The translations under genes were made by a program, and so were the position numbers. From contig JANRKA010000084.1 in NCBI GenBank assembly GCA_033875325.1, positions 4,716 to 68,715 on the forward strand: a DNA stretch of 64,000 bases, given 5' to 3'. Of this stretch, positions 27,749 through 36,464 are shown piece after piece; positions within the stretch are counted from its first letter, which is position 1; the number at the start of each line of letters is the position of its first letter. This DNA is from Elusimicrobiota bacterium. GTDB lineage: Bacteria; Elusimicrobiota; Elusimicrobia; UBA1565; UBA9628. A model generated the notes under the pieces. That model made no database searches. It saw only the letters and a program-made list of their open reading frames with translations, and was not told the DNA's origin.

Positions 27749-29214
27749 AGAAGGGCTTCCGCGAGCGCACGGCCTCCGGCGTGTTGTGGAGCGTCGCCGG
27801 GCAGGCGGGCCGCCAGTCGGCCCTGCTGGTCACCCAGGTGCTGTTGGCGCGCATCCTCACCCCGCGCGACTTCGGCCTGGTGGCGACCGTGCTCATCTTC
27901 TCGAACTTCGCGGTCATCGTCGCGGAGCAGGGCTTCGGCGCGGCGCTCATCCAGCGCCGGGAGATCGAGGAGCGCCACCGCTCCTCCATCTTCTGGGTCA
28001 ACGCCGCGCTCGGCGCGGGCCTCACGGCGCTGTTCCTCCTCGCCTCGCCGCTCGTCGCCCGCGCCTACGGCGAGCCCGAGCTGGGACCGCTGACGCGCGC
28101 GATGGCCGTCCTCTTCATCGTGCACTCGACGGGCACCTTGCACACGACCTTGCTCAGCCGAGCCCTGGAGTTCAGGCTCGTCGCGCGCGCCGAGGTGACC
28201 GCGGCCTGGGCCGGCGGGGCGGCGGCCCTCGCGCTGGCGCTCGCGGGTTGGGGCGCCTGGGCCATCGTGGCGCAGTCCTTGGTCGCGGCCGCGGCGGGCG
28301 TCGTGATGCTCTGGCGGCTCTCGCCGTGGCGCCCGAGCTTCCTGTTCGACGCGGCGGCCGTGCGCGAGCTCGCGGGCTTCAGCACGAACCACTTCGTGGG
28401 CAACCTCGCCAACTACTGGGTGCGCAACGTGGACAACCTGCTCATCGGGCTGGTGCTGGGCGCGCACCCGTTGGGCGTCTACTCCCGCGCCTACGCGGTG
28501 ATGTTGTTCCCGCTCTCGCGCGTCACGCGCGTGCTGTCGCGGGTCATGCTCCCCTCGTTCTCCCTCATCCAGACCGACAAGGAGCGCGTGCGCGCGTTGT
28601 TCATGCGCATGACGCGCGTCATCGCCCTGGTCACTTTTCCTATGATGTCCGGGGTGGCCGCTTGCGCCCCCGATTTCGTCGCGGCCGTGTTCGGCCCGCG
28701 CTGGGGGGAGATGGTGCCGGTGCTGCGCGTGCTCGCTTTGGTGGGGATGGTCCAGTCGGTCACCTCGCTCATGTCCAACCTCTATCTCTCGCAGAACCGC
28801 ACCGACCTGCGTCTGCGCGTGGTCTTGCCCATGCAGGCCCTCGAGGTGCTGGCCATCGTCTACGGCCTGCGCCACGGCATCCTGGGCGTGGCCGTCTGCT
28901 ACGCGGCGGCCTCGATGCTGACCGCGCCCGTCAACACCCGCTTCGCCGGGGGGCTCGTGGGCATGACGCCGGGCGCCTTCGCCGCGAACCTGGCGCCCGT
29001 GTTGGGCTGCGCGGCGGCGGCCGCCCTGACCGCGGCCGGGGTCGCCGCGCTGCTGCCCGCGCCGTGGCCCGCCGTCCTGCGGCTCGCCGTCGAGGTCGCG
29101 GCGGCGTCGGCGGTGTACTTCGGCCTGCTCACGGCGCTGCGCGTCGAGGCCTGGCGCGACGCCCGCGAGGAGCTCGGGCGCCGCCTGGCCGCGCGCAAGG
29201 AGGCCGCCGCGTGA
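27745..29214 (+). CDS. Wzx-type flippase (MOP/polysaccharide biosynthesis protein family)
   Basis: GTG 27745 (GTGA overlap). The N-terminus WSVAGQAGRQSALLVTQVLLARILTPRDFG and about 12-14 TM segments fit the family. Confidence 0.8.
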   Translation: MKKGFRERTASGVLWSVAGQAGRQSALLVTQVLLARILTPRDFGLVATVLIFSNFAVIVAEQGFGAALIQRREIEERHRSSIFWVNAALGAGLTALFLLASPLVARAYGEPELGPLTRAMAVLFIVHSTGTLHTTLLSRALEFRLVARAEVTAAWAGGAAALALALAGWGAWAIVAQSLVAAAAGVVMLWRLSPWRPSFLFDAAAVRELAGFSTNHFVGNLANYWVRNVDNLLIGLVLGAHPLGVYSRAYAVMLFPLSRVTRVLSRVMLPSFSLIQTDKERVRALFMRMTRVIALVTFPMMSGVAACAPDFVAAVFGPRWGEMVPVLRVLALVGMVQSVTSLMSNLYLSQNRTDLRLRVVLPMQALEVLAIVYGLRHGILGVAVCYAAASMLTAPVNTRFAGGLVGMTPGAFAANLAPVLGCAAAAALTAAGVAALLPAPWPAVLRLAVEVAAASAVYFGLLTALRVEAWRDAREELGRRLAARKEAAA

Positions 29215-29846
29215 GGCGCCTGCTGCCCGCGCTGCTGCTCGCGCTCGCGGCCTGCTCGCCCGAGCCGCGCCGCGCTTTCCGCGTCGGCCTGCTCGGGCCG
29301 CTGGAGGCCAAGGGGCTCGCGGAGGCCGCCCGACTCGGCCTGGTCGTCGCGCTCGAGGCGCCGGCGGGCGCCGCCGTGGAGCCCGCCGCGGACGCTGACG
29401 GCCGGACCAAGCCCGCGTCCGCGTTGTTCTTCGCGGCCACGCGCGCCGCGGTCCGCGGGTCCGTGGGCGTGTACTTCGTGCCGCCGCCGTTCCCGGCGAC
29501 CTACGGTTGGACGGATTACCCCGAGGAGTGGCAGGCGATGGCGCGGACCGCGCGCCGCCTCGCCGCGCTGCGTCCCGTCATCGAGGCCGGCGCGGACGCG
29601 CCGGCCCCGTTCGCGGCCGCGCCGGGACTCGAGGTCCGCGCCTGGCGCCTGCGCGGCCGGCGCTACGCGGCGCTCGTCAACGACACCGCTTCCCCGCTGC
29701 CCGTGGACGCGGCGGCGCTGGCGCCTTGGCGGGCGCTCTTCGAGCCGCGCGCCGACGCGCGCGAGGCGCTGAGCGCCTGCGCCGGCGGCTTGTGCCTGCC
29801 GCCGGGGCGCGCGTTGTGGCTCGAGGGCCGGCCGGGGGGCGCTTGA
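29211..29846 (+). CDS. Hypothetical lipoprotein
   Basis: GTG 29211 (GTGA overlap) and lipobox LLLALAAC. I recognise no family. Confidence 0.55.
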   Translation: MRRLLPALLLALAACSPEPRRAFRVGLLGPLEAKGLAEAARLGLVVALEAPAGAAVEPAADADGRTKPASALFFAATRAAVRGSVGVYFVPPPFPATYGWTDYPEEWQAMARTARRLAALRPVIEAGADAPAPFAAAPGLEVRAWRLRGRRYAALVNDTASPLPVDAAALAPWRALFEPRADAREALSACAGGLCLPPGRALWLEGRPGGA

Positions 29847-31645
29847 GCGCGGGATTGTTCACCGGCGGCCGCGAGGCGTTGCGCCGCTCCGGCGTCCCCG
29901 TCCGCGAGGCCTTCGCGCCCGCGGGCCTCGCGCTGGCCGCCACCGCCGCGGAGGCGGGCGTCTTGTCCTTGCTCGTGCCGCTGACGGGCGCCGCCTTCTC
30001 GGGCTCCTTCGAAGCCATCCGCGAGGCGCGGGGCTTCCGCGCCGCGGCCGCCGTCCTGCCGGGGCTCGACGGGCTCGAGGGGCGCGGGTTGTTCGCGGCG
30101 CTGCTCCTGCTGATCCTCGCCGCCGCGCTGGCCAAGAACGCCTTCACCTACGCGGCGGACCGCCTCGCCTGCCGCTTCGGGACGCGTTTGGCCGACGGAC
30201 TGCGGAGGGCCGTGTTCGCGGGCCTGGTCGGCCGCGGCAAGTCGTTCTTCGACGAACGCAACGCGGGGAGCCTGCAGGGCCTGGTCCTCAACCGGGTCGA
30301 GGAGATCGAGCTGAAGGCCGTCGCCGCTCTCGAGGCCCTGGGCCTGCTGTTCCTTCTGCTCGCCTACCTGGCGGCGTTGTTCTGGCTGTCCTGGCCGCTG
30401 GCGCTGGCCTTCGCGGCCTCCTACCCGTTCCTGCACGCCCTGCAGCGCCGCCTCGTCTCGCGCATCAAGGACTCCTCCGGGGCCTACAACGAGGAGCGCG
30501 GCCGGCTGGAGTCGCACCTGCACAACGCGTTGTCCTCCATCCTGCTCATGAAGTCCGTGTCGGGGGAGGCCGGGGCGGTCGCGGACTTCTCCGCCCGCAG
30601 CGCCCGCCTGGCCGAGGTCGAATACGCCATCGACCGCCGCCGCGTGCTCGCGCGTCCGGCGCAGGAAGCGCTGTTCTCTCTGACCTTGCTGCTGCTGCTG
30701 GGCGCCGCGGCCGCGGCCGCGGGCTCGACCGTGTTGGGGCCTCGCCTGCTCGTGTTCTTCTACGTCCTGCGCCGCGCCGCGACCCAGATCGGCGGGCTGA
30801 CCAACTTTCTCGCGGGTGCCGCGCGCGTCAGCGGGCCGCTGGGCGAGGTCGTCTCCTTCCTGGAGTCCTGCGACCGCCCGGCGCCCGACGGCGTCCGCGA
30901 CTTCCCCTGGCTGGCCTCGGCCATCACCTTCCGCGACGCCCGCTTCACCTACCCGGGCGGCCGCGAGGCCCTGCGCGGGGCGACTTTCGAGGCGCCCAAG
31001 GGCAAGGTCACCGCGCTGGTGGGCGCCAGCGGCGCGGGTAAAAGCACGCTCGCGCACCTGCTCCTGCGCTTCTACGAGCCGGAGCCCGGCTCGGTGCTGC
31101 TCGACGGCGTGGACCTGCGCGAGTTCCGCCGCGAGTCGCTGCGCCGCCGCATGGCCTTCGTCCCGCAGGAGCCCTCGTTGTTCCACGACACGCTCCGCGC
31201 CAACCTCGTCTACGGCCTCTCCGCCGCGCCCGCCGAGGCCGCGCTGCGCGACGCTCTGGGGCGCGCGCGCCTCGACGAGACCGTCGCGCGCCTGCCCGCG
31301 GGCCTGGACACCGTCCTAGGCGACCGCGGGGTGCGCCTCTCGGGCGGCGAGCGCCAGCGCCTGGCCATGGCGCGCGCCTTCCTGCGCGACCCGGAGATCC
31401 TCATCCTCGACGAGGCCACCTCGGCTCTCGACTCGGTGACCGAGGCGGCCGTCCAGGAATCCATTGCCGAGCTGGTCAAGGGCCGCACCGCGCTGGTCAT
31501 CGCTCACCGGTTGGCCACGGTGCGCGACGCCGACCGCATCGTCGTGCTCGCCGAGGGCCGCGTGGCCGAGGCGGGCACGCGCGAGGAGCTGCTCGCCGCG
31601 GGCGGGTTGTTCCGCCGCTATTGGGACGCGCAGAGCTTCGCATGA
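29843..31645 (+). CDS. ABC exporter, fused permease + ATPase (MsbA-like)
   Basis: TTG 29843 (TTGA overlap), so the start is uncertain. There are six TM segments, Walker A GASGAGKST, signature LSGGERQRLAMARA and Walker B ILILDEATSALD. Confidence 0.8.
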   Translation: MSAGLFTGGREALRRSGVPVREAFAPAGLALAATAAEAGVLSLLVPLTGAAFSGSFEAIREARGFRAAAAVLPGLDGLEGRGLFAALLLLILAAALAKNAFTYAADRLACRFGTRLADGLRRAVFAGLVGRGKSFFDERNAGSLQGLVLNRVEEIELKAVAALEALGLLFLLLAYLAALFWLSWPLALAFAASYPFLHALQRRLVSRIKDSSGAYNEERGRLESHLHNALSSILLMKSVSGEAGAVADFSARSARLAEVEYAIDRRRVLARPAQEALFSLTLLLLLGAAAAAAGSTVLGPRLLVFFYVLRRAATQIGGLTNFLAGAARVSGPLGEVVSFLESCDRPAPDGVRDFPWLASAITFRDARFTYPGGREALRGATFEAPKGKVTALVGASGAGKSTLAHLLLRFYEPEPGSVLLDGVDLREFRRESLRRRMAFVPQEPSLFHDTLRANLVYGLSAAPAEAALRDALGRARLDETVARLPAGLDTVLGDRGVRLSGGERQRLAMARAFLRDPEILILDEATSALDSVTEAAVQESIAELVKGRTALVIAHRLATVRDADRIVVLAEGRVAEAGTREELLAAGGLFRRYWDAQSFA

Positions 31646-32784
31646 GCGCCCCCCGGCTTCTTTTTCTCGTCACCGAGGACTGGTACTTCTGCTCGCACCG
31701 CCTGCCGGTGGCGCGCGCGGCGCGCGACGCGGGCTGGCGCGTGAGCGTGGCCTGCCGCGTGGACCGTCACGGCGCGGCCATCACGCGCGAGGGGTTCCAC
31801 CTGGTCCCGCTCTCCTTGTCGCGGCGCAGTCTCAACCCGCTGCGCGAGGCCGCGGCCCTGCGCGAGATCGCCGCCGTCTACCGCCGCGAGCGCCCCGACG
31901 TGGTCCACCACGTCGCGCTCAAGCCCGTGCTCTACGGCTCCATCGCGGCGCGCCTGGCCGGCGTGCGGGGCGTGGTCAACGCCTTCGCGGGGCTGGGGCA
32001 CGCCTTCTCCTCGCGCGACCCTCGCCGCCGCCTGCTGCGCGCCTTCGTCAGCCGCCTGCTGCGCGTCGCGCTGCGCGGCTCGCGCTCCAAGGTCATCGTC
32101 CAGAACCGCGACGACGCCGACACCCTCGTGCGCGGACGCATCATGGGGCGCGAGGACATCGTGCTCATCCGGGGGTCGGGCGTGGACTTGGAGCGTTTCA
32201 GGCCCGCGCCGGAGCCCGCGGGTGACGGCCTGGTGGTGCTGCCCTCGCGCATGATTTGGGAGAAAGGCGTCGGCGAGTTCGTGCAAGCCGCCCGCCGTCT
32301 GCGCCGCGAGGGCAGCAAGTCGCGTTTCGCCCTCGTGGGCGAGCCTGACGCGGACAACCCGGCCGCGGTGCCCGCCGAGAAGCTCCGGGAGTGGAAGACC
32401 GAGGGGGCCGTGGAGGTCTGGGGCCGGCGCGACGACATGCCCGCGGTGCTCGCCCAGTCCTGGGTGGTGTGCCTGCCGTCCTTCTACGGCGAAGGCGTGC
32501 CCAAGTCCCTCATCGAGGCCGCCGCGGCCGGCCGGCCCATCGTGACCACAGACATGCCGGGCTGCCGCGAGGTCGTGCTCGACGGCGAGACCGGGCTCCT
32601 GGTCGCGCCGCGCGACGCCGACGCCTTGGCGCGCGCGCTGAAGACCTTGCTGCGCGACCCCGACATGCGCCTGCGCATGGGCGCGGGCGGGCGGCGCCTG
32701 GCCGAGCGCGAGTTCGACGAGGCCCGGGTGGCGCGCGAGACGCTCGCGGTGTACCGCGGCCTGCTGCCCAAGGAGAAGGCGTGA
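31642..32784 (+). CDS. Glycosyltransferase family 4 (GT-B)
   Basis: ATG 31642 (ATGA overlap). It has the N-terminal LLFLVTEDWYFCSHR block and the EX7E region LPSFYGEGVPKSLIEAAAAGRPIV. Confidence 0.85.
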   Translation: MSAPRLLFLVTEDWYFCSHRLPVARAARDAGWRVSVACRVDRHGAAITREGFHLVPLSLSRRSLNPLREAAALREIAAVYRRERPDVVHHVALKPVLYGSIAARLAGVRGVVNAFAGLGHAFSSRDPRRRLLRAFVSRLLRVALRGSRSKVIVQNRDDADTLVRGRIMGREDIVLIRGSGVDLERFRPAPEPAGDGLVVLPSRMIWEKGVGEFVQAARRLRREGSKSRFALVGEPDADNPAAVPAEKLREWKTEGAVEVWGRRDDMPAVLAQSWVVCLPSFYGEGVPKSLIEAAAAGRPIVTTDMPGCREVVLDGETGLLVAPRDADALARALKTLLRDPDMRLRMGAGGRRLAEREFDEARVARETLAVYRGLLPKEKA

Positions 32785-33674
32785 GGACCGTCCTGCTCAC
32801 CGGCGCGACGGGTTTCGTGGGGTCGGCCGTCGCGCCCGCGCTCGCGGCCGCCGGCTGGACCGTGCGCGCCGACTCGCGCCGCCTGACCCCGGACGCGGAC
32901 TGGTCCGACGCCCTGCGCGGCGCGGCGGCCGTCGTCCATCTCGCGGCCCGCGCCCATCGCCTGGCCGACGGCCCCGCGCAGGCCGGCGAATACCGCCGCG
33001 TCAACGCGGAGGCCACCGAGACCCTCGGGCGCGCCGCCGCCGCCGCGGGCTGCCGCTTCGTGTTCCTGAGCTCGGTGAAAGCCGTCGGCGAGGCCACGCC
33101 GCCCGGCCGCCCCTGGAACGAGGACGCGCCCTGCGTCCCCGAGGACGCCTACGGGAGCAGCAAACTCGACGCCGAGCGCCGACTGGCCGCCGTCGCGGGC
33201 CTGTCGTGGTGCGCGCTGCGTCCGCCGCTCGTGTACGGCCCGGGCGTCAAGGCCAACTTCCTGCGGCTGGTCACGGCCGTGGACCGCGGCGTCCCGTTGC
33301 CGCTGGCGACCGTGGACAACCGCCGCTCTCTGCTCTTCGTCGGCAACCTCGCCTCGGCCGTCGTCCGCGCGCTGGAGGTCCCGAAGGCCGTCGGGCCCTT
33401 CTTCATCCGCGACGGCGAGGACCTCTCCACGCCCGAGCTGCTGCGCCGCATGGCCGCCGCGTTGGGGCGGCCTTCCCGCGTGTTCCCGTTCCCGCTCCCG
33501 CTGCTGCGCGCCGGCGCGTCGCTGCTCGGCCGCGGCCCCGAGGCCGACCGCCTGCTCGGCGACCTGGCCGTGGACGACGCCCGCCTGCGCGCCGCGCTGG
33601 ACTGGACCCCGCCTTTCACCGTGGACCAGGGCCTGGCCGCCGTCGCCCGCTGGTACCGGGAGGGCGCCGGGTGA
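32781..33674 (+). CDS. NAD-dependent sugar epimerase/dehydratase (SDR)
   Basis: GTG 32781 (GTGA overlap), Rossmann motif LLTGATGFVGS and YGSSK (YxxxK). Confidence 0.8.
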   Translation: MRTVLLTGATGFVGSAVAPALAAAGWTVRADSRRLTPDADWSDALRGAAAVVHLAARAHRLADGPAQAGEYRRVNAEATETLGRAAAAAGCRFVFLSSVKAVGEATPPGRPWNEDAPCVPEDAYGSSKLDAERRLAAVAGLSWCALRPPLVYGPGVKANFLRLVTAVDRGVPLPLATVDNRRSLLFVGNLASAVVRALEVPKAVGPFFIRDGEDLSTPELLRRMAAALGRPSRVFPFPLPLLRAGASLLGRGPEADRLLGDLAVDDARLRAALDWTPPFTVDQGLAAVARWYREGAG

Positions 33675-34231
33675 AGCGCCTCTTCGACGCCGTCGCCTCG
33701 GCCGCCGCGCTCGCGCTCCTGTCGCCCGTCCTGCTCGCGGTGGCCGTCGCGGTGAAGCTCACCTCGAAGGGCCCCGTCCTCTACTGGTCCGACCGCGTGG
33801 GCCGCGCCAACGCCCTGTTCCCGATGCCCAAGTTCCGCACCATGCGCACGGACACGCCCGAGGTCGCCACGCACCTGCTGGCCGGCGCGGACTCCTACCT
33901 CACGCCCGTCGGCGCCTTCCTGCGCCGCACCAGCCTCGACGAGTTGCCCCAGCTGTGGTGCGTGCTCAAGGGGGACATGAGCCTCGTGGGGCCGCGTCCC
34001 GCGCTGCACAACCAGCATGACCTCATCGCCCTGCGCACGGAGAAAGGCGTGCCCGCGCTGACCCCGGGCGTCACCGGCTGGGCTCAGATCAACGGCCGCG
34101 ACGACCTGCCCATCCCGGTGAAGGTGGACTACGACGCGGAGTATCTGGCGCGGCGCGGCTTCCTCTTCGACCTGCTCATCCTCTGGCGGACCGTCTTCAA
34201 GGTCGCCAGGGCGGAGGGGGTCAAACACTGA
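33671..34231 (+). CDS. Small phosphoglycosyl transferase (bacterial sugar transferase, PglC/WbaP-C-terminal type)
   Basis: GTG 33671. Blocks [44 protein letters not shown] are present. Confidence 0.85.
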   Translation: MKRLFDAVASAAALALLSPVLLAVAVAVKLTSKGPVLYWSDRVGRANALFPMPKFRTMRTDTPEVATHLLAGADSYLTPVGAFLRRTSLDELPQLWCVLKGDMSLVGPRPALHNQHDLIALRTEKGVPALTPGVTGWAQINGRDDLPIPVKVDYDAEYLARRGFLFDLLILWRTVFKVARAEGVKH

Positions 34232-35391
34232 TGCGGCTCGCCTATCTCTCCGATTGGAAGCGTTGGCCCTGCGAGGAGGCCCAGCAGGAGGAGATCTTCG
34301 CCAAGGAGTTCGCCGCGCTCGGCCACCGCGTCCACTTCGCGTTCTTCGTCCCGGACCTGCCGGAGGCGGAACGCCGCGAGACCTGGCACGGCCAGCCGGT
34401 GACCTTGTTCCGCCGCGACCGCGGGCAATACGGCCGGCTCAGCCGCTGGTTGTCCGACCTCCTGCTGACCGGCGCCGTGGACGCCGTCCAGGTGCGCAAC
34501 GACCCCGGCTACGCCTCGCTCGCGCACGGGTTGGCGCGCAAGCACCGCGTGCCCTTCGTCTTCCACCTCTCCATCCTCAACGGGCCGGTGCTCGTCGAGG
34601 AGGCGTCCGAGGAGCCGTTCCCGCGCTCCTGGCTGCAACGGGTGAAGGGCCTCGTCGGCGGACGGCTCGTGGACCGCGTCGCGCGTTCCTGCGACCTGCT
34701 CCTGCCCATCTCGGAGGCCATGGCCGCCCATTACGCCGGGCTCGGCCGGACCGGGCCCTCGGTCGCGCTGCCCATGGGCTGCCGCGGCGCGGCCGCATGG
34801 CCGGCGCCCGGGCCGCGGGATTTCGTCGAGGCGCTCTACGTCGGCTCGCTCGACCGCAACCGGCGGCTGGACTTCCTGCTGCGCGCCCTCGCGCGCGCGC
34901 GCGTCGCCCAGCCGCGGCTGCGGCTGAGCTTCCTGGGCTCGGCGCGGCGCCCGGCGAGCCTGGACTTCCTGCGCGCGCGGACGAAGGCCCTGGGTCTGGA
35001 GGAGGCGGTGCGCTTCGAGGAGCCGGTGCCGCGCGCCGCGGTGCCCGGGCGCATCGCGGCCGCGGACTTCTGCGTCTCGCCCGTGCCGCCCACGCCGTAT
35101 TTCCTGCTCAGCTCGCCCACCAAACTCATGGAGAGCCTGGGGGTGGGCCGCCCGGCGGTCGCCAACGACATCCCCGACCAGGCCGTCCTGCTCGCGGACT
35201 CGGGGGGAGGGTTGTGCGTGTCCTATGAAGAGGCCGCCTTCGGCGACGCCATGGCCGCGCTGGCCGCCGACCCGGCGCGGCGCGAGGAGATGGGCCGGCG
35301 CGGCGCCGCGCACATGGCGGCGCACCGCGACTATGGACTTCTCGCGCGACGCGCGCTCGCCGCCTACGCCCGCGTGGGGGTGAAGGCATGA
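34231..35391 (+). CDS. Glycosyltransferase family 4
   Basis: TGATG junction. The C-terminal GT-B region is SPTKLMESLGVGRPAVANDIPDQ. Confidence 0.75.
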   Translation: MRLAYLSDWKRWPCEEAQQEEIFAKEFAALGHRVHFAFFVPDLPEAERRETWHGQPVTLFRRDRGQYGRLSRWLSDLLLTGAVDAVQVRNDPGYASLAHGLARKHRVPFVFHLSILNGPVLVEEASEEPFPRSWLQRVKGLVGGRLVDRVARSCDLLLPISEAMAAHYAGLGRTGPSVALPMGCRGAAAWPAPGPRDFVEALYVGSLDRNRRLDFLLRALARARVAQPRLRLSFLGSARRPASLDFLRARTKALGLEEAVRFEEPVPRAAVPGRIAAADFCVSPVPPTPYFLLSSPTKLMESLGVGRPAVANDIPDQAVLLADSGGGLCVSYEEAAFGDAMAALAADPARREEMGRRGAAHMAAHRDYGLLARRALAAYARVGVKA

Positions 35392-36464
35392 GACGCGTCC
35401 TGGCCGTCGGCAGCATGGACCATCTGACGGTCGTCGTGCTGCGCGCGCTCGCCGAGCGCGGTTTCCGAGTCGCGGTCGCCGGCACGGGAGAGTCCGCCTC
35501 CGTGCGCCTCTCGCGGCGCTGCGCGGAATTCATCCGCGTGGCCGAGGACGACGAGGAGATGATGGCCGCGAGCGACGCCGTGCTCGCCTCCGTCGAAGCC
35601 GCCGCCCGCGAGACCGGGGCCGAACTCGTCGTGCCCGTGGACGTGGCCGGCGCGCTCGTGGCGCACCACCTGCGCCCGCGCCTGCCGGGGGTCTCGTTCT
35701 ACCCCTTCGCCGAGCCGGAGACCTTGAAGGCGCTCGACGACAAGTGGCTGTTCCACGAGACGCTCGCCCGCCACGACCTGCCGCGGCCCGAGGCTCGCCT
35801 CGTCTCCGGGCCCGAGGAGGCTCGCGCGTTGCCCTTGCCCTTCGTGCTCAAGCAGCGCCGCGGCGCGGGCGGCCACGGCGTGCGCCTGCTGCGCGACGAG
35901 GCCGAGCGCGAGTCGGAGCTGGCCGCGCTGACGCCCGAGGACTGGCCGCGGGTCGCGCAGGCCTTCGTGCCCGGGCCCGACGTGGACGTCAGCTTTCTGG
36001 CCGACCGCGGCCGCCTCGTGGCCTACGCGGTCCAGATGCGCGAGCGCGGCGCCATCGAATACTTCGACGACGCGGGAGTCGCGGACTTCGCCCGGCGCCT
36101 GGCCGCGGCCACGGGCTACACGGGCCTGGCCCACGTGGACATGCGCTACACCGACGCGAGCCGCCGCGAGGCCCTGCCCATCGAGTGCAACCCGCGCTTC
36201 TGGGGCTCCTTCTTGCACATGACCGGCCTGGGCACCGACTTCCTCGGGCTCGGCCTGGAGCTGGCGGCGGGCCGCGTCCCGACTTCGCCGCCCGCGCCCG
36301 TGGGCACGGTGCACGGGGCGCGCGCCGCGCTCAAACGCGCGCTGACGGGCGGGGGCCTCTCGGGCCCCGCCTGGGCGCACCTGCGACAGATGTTGTTCGA
36401 TCCGCTGCCGGAGCTGCGCAAGGCCGCGCTCAACGCGCTCGGCCGGGGGGAGGGTTGGCCGTGA
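35388..36464 (+). CDS. ATP-grasp enzyme, module 1 of three paralogues
   Basis: ATGA overlap. It has a pre-ATP-grasp N-terminus, then DDKWLFHE, LPFVLKQRRGAGGHGV and IECNPRFWGSF. Confidence 0.75.
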   Translation: MRRVLAVGSMDHLTVVVLRALAERGFRVAVAGTGESASVRLSRRCAEFIRVAEDDEEMMAASDAVLASVEAAARETGAELVVPVDVAGALVAHHLRPRLPGVSFYPFAEPETLKALDDKWLFHETLARHDLPRPEARLVSGPEEARALPLPFVLKQRRGAGGHGVRLLRDEAERESELAALTPEDWPRVAQAFVPGPDVDVSFLADRGRLVAYAVQMRERGAIEYFDDAGVADFARRLAAATGYTGLAHVDMRYTDASRREALPIECNPRFWGSFLHMTGLGTDFLGLGLELAAGRVPTSPPAPVGTVHGARAALKRALTGGGLSGPAWAHLRQMLFDPLPELRKAALNALGRGEGWP

